From assembly GCA_951406725.2 (NCBI GenBank), contig OX597838.1, positions 19,902,001 to 19,966,000 of the forward strand: DNA of 64,000 nucleotides. Direction: 5' to 3'. The number at the start of each line of letters is the position of its first letter. Positions within the stretch are counted from its first letter, which is position 1. Position numbers and translations under genes: made by a program. Source of the DNA: Octopus vulgaris (taxonomy: Eukaryota). The notes under the pieces were generated by a model, which searched no databases, was not told the DNA's origin, and saw only the letters and a program-made list of their open reading frames with translations. Of this stretch, positions 62,464-64,000 are shown one piece after another.

Positions 62464-63071
62464 CTGCAAAAATGAAATATAGACAAGAATTGAATGACAC
62501 TAGTAGATAATCTGTTAGATAGAACAGGTTATCTACTGATATAAATATAAAATAATATTTAGAATTAAGGGCTGGGTTCTGTTGCTCTTAATGATTTGGT
62601 CTGAAGAGGAAGGGTAGTGATCATCACCTTTTTTTTCAGAACCTTCATGACTGATGGGAGGAAAGGTGTTATCCTCAGATAAAAACACTTGACCTGTTTA
62701 ATAAACACACCTTCGTGTACACACATACAATATTCATGCATATATGTGTGTGTATGTGTGTGCGCATGTATATGTATGTGTATATAAAATATACATATAA
62801 CAAAATGAGTTGATAAAGGAATAAACAATTATCTTATGAACTTCATTAGCTTGCAGCTGTTTCTGCTATCAGATATGTTGGACTCATAGTTGGCTGCCTG
62901 GGTAACACCTTATGGCTTCAGAGCCTTGAATATGAAGCACTTCATATTCAAAGTTCCAATGAAGCCATAAGGTGTTACCCAGGCACTCAACTATGAGTCC
63001 AACATATCTTATAGCAGAAACAGCTGTAAGCTAATGAAGTTCATAAGATAATCATCTCTCTTCTTTTCTTT

Positions 63072-64000
<929 letters not shown>

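Overview
AT-rich eukaryotic DNA dense in SINEs, MITEs and microsatellites; the repeat families look like those of coleoid cephalopods, most likely an Octopus species (inferred, not proven). The window holds a complete 24-coding-exon CTR9 gene (PAF1 complex) on + at 5806..45205. All junctions are GT-AG and phase-consistent, giving a 3543-nt CDS (1180 aa). It also holds the last six coding exons of a convergent HSDL1-like SDR gene on - (62463..54326, 5' part outside the window) and a tRNA-Val(AAC) at 3073..3145. The remainder is tRNA-derived SINEs, RTE/CR1/Penelope-like remnants, hAT/piggyBac/Mutator/Merlin-type MITEs, Helitrons and minisatellites. I cannot demonstrate a wholly new biological system. 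The most striking unexplained pattern is a recurrent set of near-perfect fold-back inversions, several next to Penelope-type hammerhead ribozyme motifs, lying in CTR9/HSDL1 transcripts or between their 3' ends; the largest is a 571-bp inverted duplication. These are candidate dsRNA/ADAR substrates. Other leads: a Val-AAC tRNA in a Val-TAC-like body, HSDL1 retaining YxxxK, cryptic poison splice donors in CTR9, and minisatellites that array CRE/AP-1 motifs.
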